From positions 41,354,001 to 41,418,000 of the forward strand of contig NC_083227.1 in assembly GCF_032191835.1 (NCBI RefSeq): 64,000 nt of DNA, written 5' to 3'. The position numbers were made by a program, and so were the translations under genes. Position 1 is the first letter of the stretch; every line of letters begins with the position of its first letter. The stretch comes from Heteronotia binoei (Eukaryota). The notes below the pieces were generated by a model. It had not been told where the DNA came from. It saw only the letters and a list, made by a program, of their open reading frames with translations, and ran no database searches. Shown one piece after another: positions 22,701 through 35,010 of the stretch.

Positions 22701-24879
22701 GAAAAAGAGAGAAGAGAGAAGTTAAAATATTTTCTGTAATGAAATATGACTTGTTTCTGTTTTCACTCACAATGTTTAAATCATTCTTAAAGGATAGTTT
22801 AAAATAATTTATTCTGAGATTTTTACAAGGTTATGGTAATAATCTTCTTAAAAACTAATTTACGCGATAGTCAAAAGCAGGCTTGCTGACAACTTTAATG
22901 CTAAGAGCTCTTTTGCTTCACAAAGTAGAATTTTTGCTCACAACACTCCACAGCTTAGAGAGAGAACATTGACGAGAAGTATAATAGGGGATCCATGCCA
23001 TCTAGATATACTGGAAATTTCTTCCAGGTTCATTTGCTGTGTTTGTAAATACATAAATGGTTTGACTAGCAGGTCTCCAGGCTGGTTCCCCCTTACTGCA
23101 TCATCACCTCTGGCACTGGTCTCCCGCACAGGGTCCTCACCTCCTGTAGGCTGCTGTACTGGATCCCTTTTGGTTTCCTGGCTGCCGTCTTTCAGAGCCC
23201 CAGGCCAGTGCACATTCGCTTCTGCTGCCTGCTCTTGACGCTGACCTCTGAAACATTTGGACACTGAAGAATTTTGTTTATCTTCAAAGGCTGCAAACTT
23301 CCTCATGCTTTCCTGACCCTTCATCCTGCAACCACTGGAGGTGTCATTAGCTTGCTCCGCTTCACATGCTTTCTCCGCAGCTTTTCAACTCCCCTCTTCT
23401 TCCTTTTCATGCCATAGCCACTTGCAGACTTGAGCCTTTCTCTTCCAGGCATGAGAGCGGCCAGAGTGGCTGAGCTCCTTGTGGCAGACAGAGCTGAGTA
23501 GACTCTATTTGGAAAAGGGAGCTTTCAGATGGTTTGAAACTCTCGGAGGGAGATTTTGCCAGCGTTATCAGGCAATCTCCAAGTACAAACAAGATCACAC
23601 AATTACACATTGAGGGGAGAACTGGATTCTGGGGGTCAGCAGAGGTACCCAAGACCAGAGGACTAGCTGTGGGGCTGAGACGCATCGGTATTGAGTCCTG
23701 GAAGATAGCTAGTGTGGAAGGGTCTGTGAGGGAGAATACTGACACCAGTCAGTTCTCTATGTGTGTGTGGAAGAGTGATTGAAGTTTGTTATTTATATGA
23801 TTTGGCACTGCCGAAGCTAGGGCTTAAACAACTGAAGGAAAAGCATTCTGAGTGCCCAGAAGGCACAGCCTGTGTGAAGTAGAATCCAGTGGGATTCTGA
23901 AACTTGCCTGGTTTATTATTTTTAAGATCTTCTGCCAAAGTCTTGTTATATTTTTACCTCAGCCTGAAAAAGTCTCCACTCTCTGTAATTATTTTATTCT
24001 GCCAACCAGCTGCCAACTGATTTGCCTTTTAATATTGAACAGTTATAATCAATATTATTTCATCCCCCTTCTTGCCTTTTGTTACCTAATAAATATTCTG
24101 TGGGTTTTGCCTTTAAAACCGTCTGGTGCTAATTAATAAGAGTTCTGACAGGATTTCTGGGAGTGTTACTGAGGAACTGAGGGAAGGTGACCGGGGGGGG
24201 GGGGAAATTTACAGTGGTCGCCCTCCCGAGTAAAGCCTCTGACAGGGTTCCTCACACTCTCTTCTTCCTTTTCATGCCACAGCCACTTGCAAACTTGAGC
24301 CTTTCTCTTCCAGGCATTTCCACACTCTCTGGTGCCTGCCAGTATATCTGATTCTTGGTCCAGGATAACTTCCATTTCCACGACACTCCTGGAGGCACCC
24401 AGTATTTCTGCTGTTGCCATCCAGCCTACCTCATCCATCCTGACTCACCAAAATAACAAACACTCTGCAGGCTCATATTGGCACTCAACATCCTTGTATA
24501 CAATGGCCTTGAATCCCTTAAGCTGCCATCATGTCAGAGATCATTCCATGGGTCCCCAGGGCGGTTGCCCACAAGTAACCAGACTGCTTGTTTTAAAAAA
24601 AGATTTATAAAGTTTATTGTAGGTTCATTCAATTAAGAACATTCATTAAATAGCCAAACACATTTCTCTAAAACCATACAGCAAGAAAATAAGAAAAACT
24701 AGCTCAATTGTCTAATACAGAGGTGCCAAACTCCTTTGTTACAAGGACTGGATCTGACATAAGTGTCACTTTGTTGGGGCGAGCAGTGTGTGCCATAAAA
24801 TGTAACAAGAGATATCGGATATATAAACTGTATAAAGATGATTTCAGATGCCAAATGGCAATAACAGGCTTGAAATTGA

Positions 24880-25720
24880 TTAGGTGCGTAATGCAGAGGG
24901 GCAGCAGGTATGGAGATATCAGCATTGGTAATGAGGCAGGAAACCCAGGTCTCAGTTTGGTTGTAAAGAATGGAAATAGGTCTAAAGAAGTGAGCAGTGA
25001 CTCAGGAAAACTCACACCCTGCCACAAATGTCAGTCTTTGAGGTACTACTGGACTCTTATGCTTTCCACTGCTTTTAGAAACCACAACATTCAAAAACCA
25101 ATGAGGGAACATTCTAATCTTCCAGGACATTCAGTTGCTCACCTAAGAGTAGCAGTTCTCTTATAAAGGAATTTCAAAGGGAGATTAGAAAGACTGCTGA
25201 ATTGGAACTGATAATGAAGCTCAAGACAATTGGATTTATATCCCGCCCTCCACTCCGAAGAGCCTCAGAGCGGCTCACAATCTCCTTTACCTTCCTCCCC
25301 CACAACAGACACCCTGTGAGGTGGGTGGGGCTGGAGAGGGCTCTCACAGCAGCTGCCCTTTCAAGGACAACCTCTGCCAGAGCGATGGCTGACCCAAGGC
25401 CATTCCAGCAGGTGCAAGTGGAGGAGTGGGGAATCAAACCCGGTTCTCCCAGATAAGAGTCCGCACACTTAACCACTACACCAAACTGGCTCTCCAAATG
25501 CATCTTCCCGAATGACTTGAGACCTAGATTTCTTCTCTCGTTACCAATGCCTGCTATTGTCATTTGGCGTCTGAAATAGCTTCAGTCTCCAAGATATGAG
25601 GCCAGATGGACTCACATTCTAGCTGTATCTGAAGAAGTGAATAATGACTCATGAAACTTCGTACCTTGTCACAAATTTTGTTAGTCATTAAAGGTGCTAC
25701 TAGACTCTTGCTCCCTTCCA
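24880..25720 (+). mobile_element. Penelope-like element relic (inverted piece, pseudo-LTR, GIY-YIG C-terminal fragment, pseudo-LTR) interrupted by a SINE
   Basis: 25078-25215 translates to KPMREHSNLPGHSVAHLRVAVLL*RNFKGRLER..AELELIMKLKT, like a Penelope endonuclease C-terminus. The terminal motif occurs at 24982 and 25629, and 24920-24955 is the reverse complement of 25520-25555. Confidence 0.65.
25217..25495 (-). mobile_element. Young full-length Squam3-like SINE
   Basis: GAGAGCCAGTTTGGTGTAGTGGTTAAG head, B box GGTTTGATTCCCC, and a 3' end ACTC-TTCG-GAGT-GGAGGGCGGGATATAAAT. CpGs are intact. Confidence 0.85.
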
Positions 25721-26165
25721 CGAATAAAGATTGCAAGCTGAACTGTTAGGTTCTCCCCACCCCCATCTGTTAGAACTGGAAAGAAGGATCTCTCTCTCTT
25801 TCACTCCCCCTAATTCCCTCCCTCTCTCTGAAGAAGAGTGCACACACAAGGAAGGGTATATCTGGAATAAAACTTTGTTGGTCTTAAAGGTGCAATGGGA
25901 CTCTCCCTCCCTCCGTTTCCCCTCCCTCCTGGACTCTTTCTCCCTTCTACTAATAAAGATTGCAAGCTGTGCTGTTAGGTTTCTCTGCCCTCCCCCATCC
26001 TGTAAGAACTGAAAAGGGGGATCTCATGCTCTCTGACTCTTTCACTCCCTCTCCCTCCGTCTGAAGAAGTGTGCTTGCACATGAAAGCTTACATCTGGAA
26101 TAAAACTTCACTGGTCTTACAGGTATCACAGGACTCTCTTTCTCTGGTTCTCTCCCTCCCTTCCT
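25700..26165 (+). repeat. Tandem ~230-bp units, each with a Penelope-type terminal/hammerhead-like motif
   Basis: AATAAAGATTGCAAGCTG occurs at 25723 and 25952 (period 229) and CTGAAGAAG at 25828 and 26061. Confidence 0.7.
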
Positions 26166-28099
26166 CCTCAAAGGAGGAGGGGGAGGAGCAGTCAGCCAAT
26201 GAAGGGAAGGGAGACTTGGCTTTCTTTCTCTCTGCTGCACAGAAGGAAGCAGGAGAGGACAGAGCTGGGCAAAAGCAAACTGCAGTGCAGGAAGCAGACA
26301 AAAGCCAGTTGCTCATGGGCCACATAGCACTGCAGTGGCCAGTTCCATCCCACGGACCATATGTCTGACACCCCTGGTCTAACACTTTCAGAGCATGCAT
26401 TAGATGGCACAAACCAAAGTCACAGGCCAAAGCTCAGAAATTCTCCACACTGCTCCCAATTTCAATTCAAGCAGAACATAGTAGGTCTTCAGTCCATCAG
26501 GATCTCAACTAGTCCAACCTTCCTTTGGGCTTAGCTGAATTATAGCCAGGGAAATTTTGCCTCGTGCTTGTCTATACAGATAATGAAAGCTACTAAATAT
26601 CATGGAAAAGCCTGGTTGATCAGAAGATTTGCTTTTAAGAGATACTTTAAAAAAATTATGCATGTTAACAGGAAAACAGAAAAAGGGAAGGGAAAATACA
26701 AAAGGCTCGCTCATTACAAAGTTTCATAAAAACACAAAAGGAGATAACCCATCATGAACCTAGTTCCATGCCCATCTTTTCCTTCTCTGGCATCTCAGAT
26801 GAAAGCCTTTCCCTTCTTCTGATCCTCCTTTCACTGAAAATACCAAGGTTTAAGCCTGAGACCTTCTTCAGGAAACCCGAGTGCTCCGCCAATAAAGCTT
26901 GATCCTTCTCCAGTCATTACACAGCAGCCAAACCATGCAGCCTCTAAATCCCACACACTCTGTGGTTCAACAATGCAGCCAAAGGCTGCTCTAATGTGGC
27001 AAACAACTTCGACAGACCACAATTGGGTTATTTTCTTTGCTCAAATCTAAAATGAAGAATTTGTCCAATTCAGTAGCTTGCACTTTGCCCCAGCAATCTG
27101 ACAGCATCTCAAGAGGAACTATTGTCTCGAAAATGTATTTTCAGAGAACCACTTGTTAAAATTTGTCAATGCTAACTCAAAGAACATGTTCAAGCCTTTC
27201 AATTTATTGCAGGATGGGCGAGTACCTACTTTCTGCATGCTTTAAGCAGTGATTGCCTAGAACGCTCTAATAGGGATTAGACAAAATTCATGGAGGATGC
27301 CTCTATCAATGGATACTAGCTATAACAGCCAAATGGAATTTCATACATATCCTAAGATATTTATACCTTTAAGAACCAATATCTGAGGGATAAGCAATAG
27401 AAGAAGCCTGTCACCATTGTGCGTGCTCGGGAACTTTCCCCCAAACCATTCAACTAGCCACTGTGGGAAAAGAATGCTGGGCTAAATCAATACTTATTGG
27501 ATTTTTTTACATTATGTTCCTAAGAACATTTCTGTTCATAAGGGGAGATGCCCACCTTAAAGTTGTTTGGCACGTCAACAGTATAATCCTAAACAGTTTC
27601 ATCCTCCTAAATCCACCCATTTCAATGGACTTAGAAAGATGTAGCTCTGTTTAGGATTGCAAGCACAATGAAGGTAAACCTTTGACTCTGATTCCAACTG
27701 CAGAACTCAGCATTTCTAATGAAGAGTTCTTGATGACAACTCTTTCAGCACTCCACTCCACCCTACCCCATTCCAAAGTCAACAGCAATTTCTTACGGTT
27801 GACTTTCCACAGGCAATAAGAGGTGATTTGTCCCAGTTAATCCTTGGTTGTCTCAAAGTCATTCAGAGGTAGCCACTGCACAAACCCAAGAACTCCAACT
27901 TTAAGACAGAAGCTGTTTCTAGAGTTCAATTTTGTACACCATTTCCATAATTGCTCTCCCAGACAGCCTATTTGAAGTTGGCAAAGAAGAGTATTGTGCT
28001 TCACTCAGAGCATTCATAAACACTTTCCCTTCTATGGTTTTTTCCCATGTAGATTATCTCATTTAGAGTAAGGCTTGCACACTGGATAGCAACAGGAAA

Positions 28100-28591
28100 A
28101 AAAGTAAATACAATATCAAGACCAGAACAGACTTTCTTCTGAGCCATTCCCACCCCCCACCCCGGAAGAACAGAGAAGTTCATCACTCTGGTGACTGTTC
28201 AGAGGTTTTAACGCCATAATGATTTCCCCAGATTCTATGCTTTGGCTAGGTTTCTTCAGAAGTCAGTGGCTCTGATGTATAACAAAGTGAGCATTGCTTA
28301 AGACCTTTGGAAAAATGCGGAATGTGTTTGTCGTTCCTTGACTGCGTGGCTTCAAAACTGGCATGTGATGAATTCACTGGGAAGTACCAAAGCTGTAATC
28401 CTCTTCTTCAGCAAGATCTTTCACTGGAAATTTCAGTGGCCTCCGCCATCTTCCTTGCATCTCATACTCCAGGTTTGGATCTTGAAGCATAATTTCTTGC
28501 AGTCTCTCCAACAGAATTCCAGCTAATTCTGCAAACTTGGTATGCTCCTTATAAAGGTCTCCATACTGCTTTGCACCCACTGCTTGGTCAC
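28100..28591 (-). pseudogene. Decayed ZNF-type terminal exon
   Basis: Phase-1 acceptor ctttttgtccactggcag|GT GAC opens a spacer-like frame (GDQAVGAKQ...) that stops at 28374. Downstream AHFVIHQSH*LLKKPSQSIESGE resembles an eroded finger and linker. Confidence 0.45.
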
Positions 28592-28802
28592 CTGCCAGTG
28601 GACAAAAAGAACCACAAATTATTCAAACCACAAGAGCGGGAGGTGGGGGGATGTTAGCAATGGGAGCTGAGAAGGGACATAATGGTACCTAATGGGGTTG
28701 CAACATTTCGGTAATTGACTGGTTAGATCAAATTGAATAAAAATATGTCCCCAATGAATCAGGAAGCATATTTTTAAAGGATTAAATTATTTTTTTAATT
28801 AT

Positions 28803-30330
28803 TGAGAGGGCAGTAGCGTTACAGTTGCAGAGTTTTCTGGATGACGCTTCTGTGCTAGATCCCCACCCTTCTGGTTTTCGTCCGGGACATGGGGCGGAGA
28901 CAGTGCTGGTCGCCCTGGTGGATGACCTCCAGCAACATCTGGATCAAGGTGGCATGGCGGTGCTGATGTTGTTAGACCTATTGGCAGCATTTGATACTGT
29001 CGACCATCGGTTACTGACCTGCCGCCTCGCCAACGCAGGGATTCAGGGGTTGCCTTTGCATTGGCTTTCCTCTTTCCTTGACGGTCGGGGACAAAGGGTG
29101 GCGACTGGGGGAGAACTGTCCCAGAAGCATTGACTTAATTGTGGGGTACCACAGGGGGCAGTCCTCTCCCCGATGTTGTTTAACATCTACATGCGTCCCC
29201 TTGCCCAGATTGCCCGGAGGTATGAGCTGGGTTGTCATCAATATGCCAATGACACCCAGCTCTATCTACTGATGGACAGCCAGACTGGCTGTGTCCCAGA
29301 AAATTTGGACCTGGCGTTACAGGCTGTGGCACGATGGCTCAGGCTGAGCAGGCTGAAGTTGAATCCAGCGAAGACAGAGGTCCTTTGCCTGAGTCGTGGC
29401 GGTCTGGGAGGAGAAATCCCCCTACCAGTTTTTGACGGGGTGCCATTGGTAATGGCGCACAAGGTCAAGAGCTTGGGGGTGCTACTGGAGCCTTCTCTGT
29501 TTATGGAGGCCCAGATAGCAGCTACTGCCAAATCTGCCTTCTTTCATCTTAGGTGGGTGAGGCAGTTGGCTCCCTTCCTGAAACGTGACGATCTGGCAAC
29601 AGTGATCCATGCAACGGTCACCTCAAGGCTGAACTACTGTAATGCCCTCTACATGGGGCTGCCCTTGTGCCGAACCTGGAAACTACAGCTGGTGCAGAAC
29701 GCGGCAGCCAGGCTGCTATTAGGGCTCCCTAAGTGGGAACACATACAGCCGAGGCTGCAGGAGCTGCACTGGCTGCCAATTGTGTACCGGATCCGTTAAC
29801 AGGTGCTGGTCATTACCTTTAAAGCCCTATATGACTGGGGACCTGTCTACCTTAGGGACCGTCTCTCCCCATACGTACCCCAGAGGGTGCTGAGATCAGG
29901 TTCATAAAATCTACTGATAATCCCTGGGCTGAAGGAGGACAAACTGAAACTACAAGGGAAAGGGCCTTCTCAATCATGGCTCCCCACTGGAGGAATCAAT
30001 TACCAGAGGAGGTGCGTGTCCTGCGGAGCCTTACCCAGTTCCGCAGGGCCTGCAAGACTACCCTCTTTCAGCTGGCCTTTTCTTAATGCAGATTCAGTTA
30101 TACCATCGCTATGAAAAAAATCTGTATACGAGTAAGATCGGAAATTTTGAAAATGTAGCACCGAATACGATCATATGAAATTGTTGGTTTTAATTAGATG
30201 GTTTTAAGGGAATTTTAAGGAAATTGTATAATGTTGTACATTGTTTTATTATGTAATCTTTGTATTTTATGAGCAGCCCTGAGCCTGCTTCGGCGGGGAG
30301 GGTGGGGTATAAATTGTTATTATTATTATT
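28803..30330 (+). mobile_element. 5'-truncated L2-clade LINE (degenerate)
   Basis: Same ORF2 motifs as 20841-22389 but with a frameshift near 29130 and stops. The 3' end is GCCCTGAGCCTGCTTCGGCGGGGAGGG followed by (ATT)n. Confidence 0.9.
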
Positions 30331-30706
30331 AAAACTGACATCTGCAGATGGAGGATTTATTTATTTAGTAACAGTTATTTACAAATGGGGCTATCACAAG
30401 GATTTGGGGAAGGGAAATGTTTTCTCCTAGCCCACTACTTCCTCTTTCCCTTCCCTGAAAGCTTCCATAGCCTCTCTCATTCTCCTGCTTCTTGCCTTCC
30501 CACCCACCAGCTGACCTGCCTTGATCTATCTTTAGTTCTCCTTCCTTTCCTTCCCCCCAGCAGCTTTCCTCTGAGGAAAGTTTGGCCCAAACACTCATTG
30601 TTAGATGGTAGTGCTATCTTTTTTAACATTTTAATTTTCATTCCTCTACTACAATTCACCGGAACCAACATGGCCTCAGCAAATAAAATAGCATATCCAG
30701 TTTATA

Positions 30707-31500
30707 GACATAGGGAAGAGGATCTGGGTGTTCTAGTAGAAAGCCTGATGAAAATGTCAGTTGTCTGCAACAGCAGAGAAAAAGGCAAACTCCACATTGG
30801 GGATGATGAGGAAAGACTGAAAATAAGGTGGTGATTATCGTAATGCCCTTGTATAGAGCAATGATGTGGCTCATTTGGAACAGTGCGTAAAGTTCTCGTT
30901 GCAGTACCTCAAGAAAGATACTGCAAAATGGGAAAAGGAGAGGGAGAAGCAAGATCAAAAAAGGGTTGGAGCACCTTTCCTATGAGGAAAGGCTGAAGTG
31001 TCTGGGACTTTTCAATTTAGAAAACAGACCACTAAGGAGGCATATGATAGAGCTTTATAAAACTATAGAAGAGCCTCTATAATTTACATATAAAACTGTA
31101 GGGTAGCTTTTTTCCCCTTTCCCATAATACTAGAACTCAGGGGCACCCAAAAAAGTTGACAAGCAACAGATTCAGGATGGACAAAATGAAGGACTCACTT
31201 TACTCAACTATACATTGTGGGGTTGGTGGCCAGAGGACACAGTGGTGGCCACTAACATAGATGGCTTTAAAGGGGGGTTAGATAGATTCATGAATGACAG
31301 GTCCATCACTGGCTACTTCTCATGGTAACTAATGGGAACTTCCACATTCAGAGGCATTAAACCATTGAATACCAGTAATAGGAAGCAGCATCAGGGAAAG
31401 GCCTTGGCTTCTATGTCCTGTATGCTGGTTCTCCAGGACAGCTGGTTGGGCACTGTGTTAGACAGGATGCTGGATTTGATGGACCACTGGTCTGATCCAA
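30707..31500 (+). mobile_element. CR1 LINE 3' portion (old)
   Basis: CR1-typical segments GGAGCACCTTTCCTATGAGGAAAGGCTGAAG..CTGGGACTTTTCAATTTAG and GATGGCTTTAAAGGGGGGTTAGATAGATTCATG. Confidence 0.7.
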
Positions 31501-31962
31501 CAGGCCCAAGTTCAGTCCCCCAAATTAAGAAATGCTCTCAAGGTCGAGAGTAAGACCCACCCGTTAACCAGCTAAAGCTTAATAGCCAGGGAGCAAAACA
31601 GAATCTATCCTACTCCTACACTTCTAATGAGCTTGCCCAATAAGTCACTTCTCCTTTCCAGCATCTTACCAGCTATGTGGGAGCCAGATAGACTTGTGTT
31701 CCTTCAGCCAGCTCCAGAGTCCAGAGAGAACGGGGGTCCTGAGGTATGAAAGGGTGGTTAGCACCATGACAGAAACAGGATATGGATGCTACACTTGTAT
31801 CTTAGAACTGTATTTATAGCCCTGTAATCTACTGCGTCTCACTGAGACAAGAGGCTGAGGAATTATGAAAATGAAATTTTAAGAATTGTCTTTGCTGTTA
31901 ACCTGACCTCTTCTCCTGTCTTATCATTTTAAACATTTTTATTAGTCAACCTGATCAATCCA

Positions 31963-32765
31963 TTAATCAAAAACACAGTCCCAGTTAGTATGGCACTGGC
32001 TTGGGATATTGGCCAGGAAATCTCCCTCACTTGCTCTGAACTTCAGGAAGAAGCCAGATGTTTCATTGCTTCCCAAAATCACTTTCAAAGGGTAGTCATG
32101 TTGGTTTTCAGTAGAACAGCTAGATGTGAATCCAGGGGCACTTACTTTTTGTTTCAAATTAAAGCTAAGAGTCTCAGGGGGTTGAACTCCATCCCCAATA
32201 CTCATTTCTGCATCCACGTGGTACGAAGGAAGGACTGTAACATATACACAGCTGTCTTCACAGGCCTCCTTGCTTGAATGAAGCCTCTGATGTCTAACAA
32301 AGGCCAACTGGTGAAGAAAGGTTCTACCACACTCAAGGCATCTGAAGGGCCTGTCTTCAGAGTGGATTTTCTGGTGTTTACACAGGTCTGACTTGTCTCG
32401 GAAGCTTTTCTTACAGATGTCGCACTCAAAGGGTTTCTCTCCTGTGTGAATCCGTTCATGTGAGACCAGCTGGGACTCGTAACGGAACTGTTTCCCACAC
32501 ACGAAGCAGAGATACTTCCTCTCCGAGCTGAGCAGTCTTTCACACGCAGGTACGTTGGCTCCCTTATCAGTGGATTCCTCGTCATCCAGCTCAGGACACT
32601 TCCACTTCCACCTTCCATGTTTGGGTTTACCCTTATAGGCTTTGGGCCTTTGGCTATCAAGTCCGTGAAATCTTCCCAATAAGGTCCCATAATATCTTGC
32701 AGGCAAAGCTGTTCTCTGCTGCGGATCCTTTTCTTCATACTCCTTTCCCACAAGGTCATCACATG
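31963..32765 (-). CDS. ZNF gene 2, exon with 3 C2H2 fingers
   Basis: Phase-1 acceptor cttctgttccag|CA at 32765 and three fingers (CFVC..HERIH, CDIC..HQKIH, CLEC..HQRLH). An internal donor AAA|GTAAGT at 32145 could extend the gene. Confidence 0.8.
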
Positions 32766-32881
32766 CTGGAACAGAAGCATAAGCCACACGTGAGGAGCAC
32801 TGGAAGGCAAGTTTTCAAAGAGGGGAGAGGCCCTAATTTTGGCCCATCGGACAAAGTGCTTCTTTCACCCACTGTTTTAGG

Positions 32882-33060
32882 CAGGGCTTTTTTTGTAGCA
32901 GGAGTTCCTTTGCATATTAGGCCACACCCTTGCTGTAGCCAATCCTCCAAGAGCTTACAGGGTTCTTAGTACAGGGTCTACTGTAAGCTGCAGGAGGACT
33001 GGCTACATCAGGGGTGAGTGGCCTACTATGCAAAGGAGTTCCTGCTATAAAAAAGCCCTG
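32882..33060. mobile_element. hAT-type MITE (TIR CAGGGCTTTTTT)
   Basis: TIRs plus a perfect 8-bp TSD GTTTTAGG (32874-32881 / 33061-33068). Confidence 0.85.
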
Positions 33061-33435
33061 GTTTTAGGTGGAAGGGGCTGAGAGAGCTCTCCAAGAAGCT
33101 GCTCTTTCAAGGACAATCTCTATGAGAAATATGGCTAACCCAAGGCCATTCCAGCAGGTGCATGTGGAAGAGTGGGGAATCAAACCCAGCTCTCCAAGAT
33201 AAGAGTCCACACATGTAACCACTACACCAAACTGGCTTGAATTTGAATACATTTCAACTCCAATGTTGGAACTTTTCAAAATTAAGCAAACACTGACAAA
33301 AATGGCCTGGGAAGAAAGGAGGGATGAGCAAAGACTTACACAGGGCAGAGAACCTTTTGCGGAAGCCACACCCAAGCCAGCAGTGACCCTCTACAATGTC
33401 TCTTCAAGACCTGCTGGACCCTCCCACTACCTCAC

Positions 33436-33549
33436 CTTCACAAGTGCTCCCTGGACTTTCCCTTTTCTCCACATCCTGAGGATCTGAGGGCAAAGACTCT
33501 TGGCCCTGCTCCAGACTGCAAAGACTATTCGGATCAGGAATTGAAAATC
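33436..33549 (-). CDS. KRAB-B-like exon of ZNF gene 2 (114 bp, phase 1-1)
   Basis: Acceptor cttgaaccag|GA and donor GAAG|GTGAGG. Translation FSIPDPNSLCSLEQGQESLPSDPQDVEKRESPGSTCE resembles the KRAB-B pattern G(F)xIPKPDLISxLEQGEEPW. Confidence 0.65.
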
Positions 33550-34475
33550 CTGGTTCAAGGGGAAAGAAGATAAAGTTCATATGAGCAAATCTCAGACATT
33601 GCTTTAACTGGATTTTATCATTTTTTTTTAATGAGTGTGTATGGGAATTAAAGATAAAATGCTTTAACAGCAAGAGTGCTTGGGGTGCATCCATATAACA
33701 ATAATACAAACCATGATCCCATTCACAGTTCTTCCATCCTTCATGGCACTACATTCAAGTCCTCCTGGAAGAAGCCACAAATCACACAGTTTAACTGGCT
33801 CCCAGGGGAAGCACCATTCCCCTAATGAAACATCCTGCAACCTTGGCTCTTCTGCTATTATTTGTAATCATCTTACTCTTCCAGTCTGGAAACCATTTTA
33901 GCCCTATCCCCTTTCAACTTTATGGCTCCTCATTCCAGAACTCCTTTTCAATTTTATGACTTAGAACTCCTTTTCAGAGTCTAGTTTATTTTTCATCTTT
34001 CTGGAGAACATGTCCTTTCCCCCCTGTAGCTCTGCAGAGAATCCTTATACTTAGACCAACAAGGAGGAACAACTTCAGAACTTCCTCTCCAGAGGGATTT
34101 CTCTCTCTCTCTCTCTATTGGTTCAGGTAGGCAGCCATGTTGGTCTGAAGCAGCAGAACAAAGTTTGAGGCCAGTGGCACCTTTAAGACCAACAAAGTTT
34201 TATTCAACATATCAGCTTTTGTATGCAAGCACACTTCATCAGAGGTTTCCCTCTACTAGCGTCTTTTGCCAGCCAGTGAAGCTTTTTTTCCCCCTTGGCA
34301 TGCACCCAATAACAGTTATTGGGCGTCTTCCCTGGTTCTGGTATTGTTTATGTGCTTTTATTTTATCATTTTAAATGTTTTTAATTCTTCTAATGTTTTT
34401 TATATTCATCACCTGGGGACAGATTAGATGGAAAAGCTGCGTAAAAATGTTTTAAATAAATAATGATTTCCTTAC

Positions 34476-35010
34476 TACTCTGGAGACTCCTATGCTTAAT
34501 AAGTTGGAAGCTGCAGCTGAAGCCTTTTCCACAGTCAGGGCACATGTAAGATTCTCTTGCCATGGGAACCATTAACTTTACAACAAGATTTGAGATCTCT
34601 TGGACATTTTCATCACAGTCAGGGCATCGATATGGTTTCCACTGCACACAACTATTTTGGCAAACATCAGAAAGCAAGCTAGGACTGAAGCTGTTCCCAC
34701 ACTCCAGGCAATTGTAGAGTTTCTCTTCATCGTGGCATTTCAAATGTTTCAGGAGACTTGGCCTATACCGAAAGCTTTTCCCACACTGGTCACATCGATA
34801 GGGGGTTTCTCCTGTGTGGATTCTCCGGTGTGTATTCACATCAGTGCTCTGTCTGAAGCTTTTCCCACAGTCAGGACATTGATAGGGTTTCTCTCCTGTG
34901 TGGAGCCTCTTATGGCGAACGAGGTGAGAATTCCGCTTGAAATTCCTCCCACACTCAGGGCAGGAATACAGCTTCTTTATCCCAACTGTTGGCTGTGACA
35001 GCGCTTCCAT
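34476..35010 (-). CDS. ZNF gene 2, upstream exon with 3 intact and 3 degenerate fingers
   Basis: ORF from ATG 35010 (an in-frame stop lies just upstream) with fingers CPEC..HKRLH, CPDC..HRRIH and CDQC..HLKCH. Candidate phase-1 donor A|GTAAGG at 34475; if unspliced the ORF ends at 34390. Confidence 0.75.

Noticed and set aside
31650-31735. Possible second KRAB-B-like exon (good acceptor and donor, WLKEHKSIWLP)
   Set aside because: No reading frame is both open and phase-compatible with the neighbouring exons, and the similarity is too weak.
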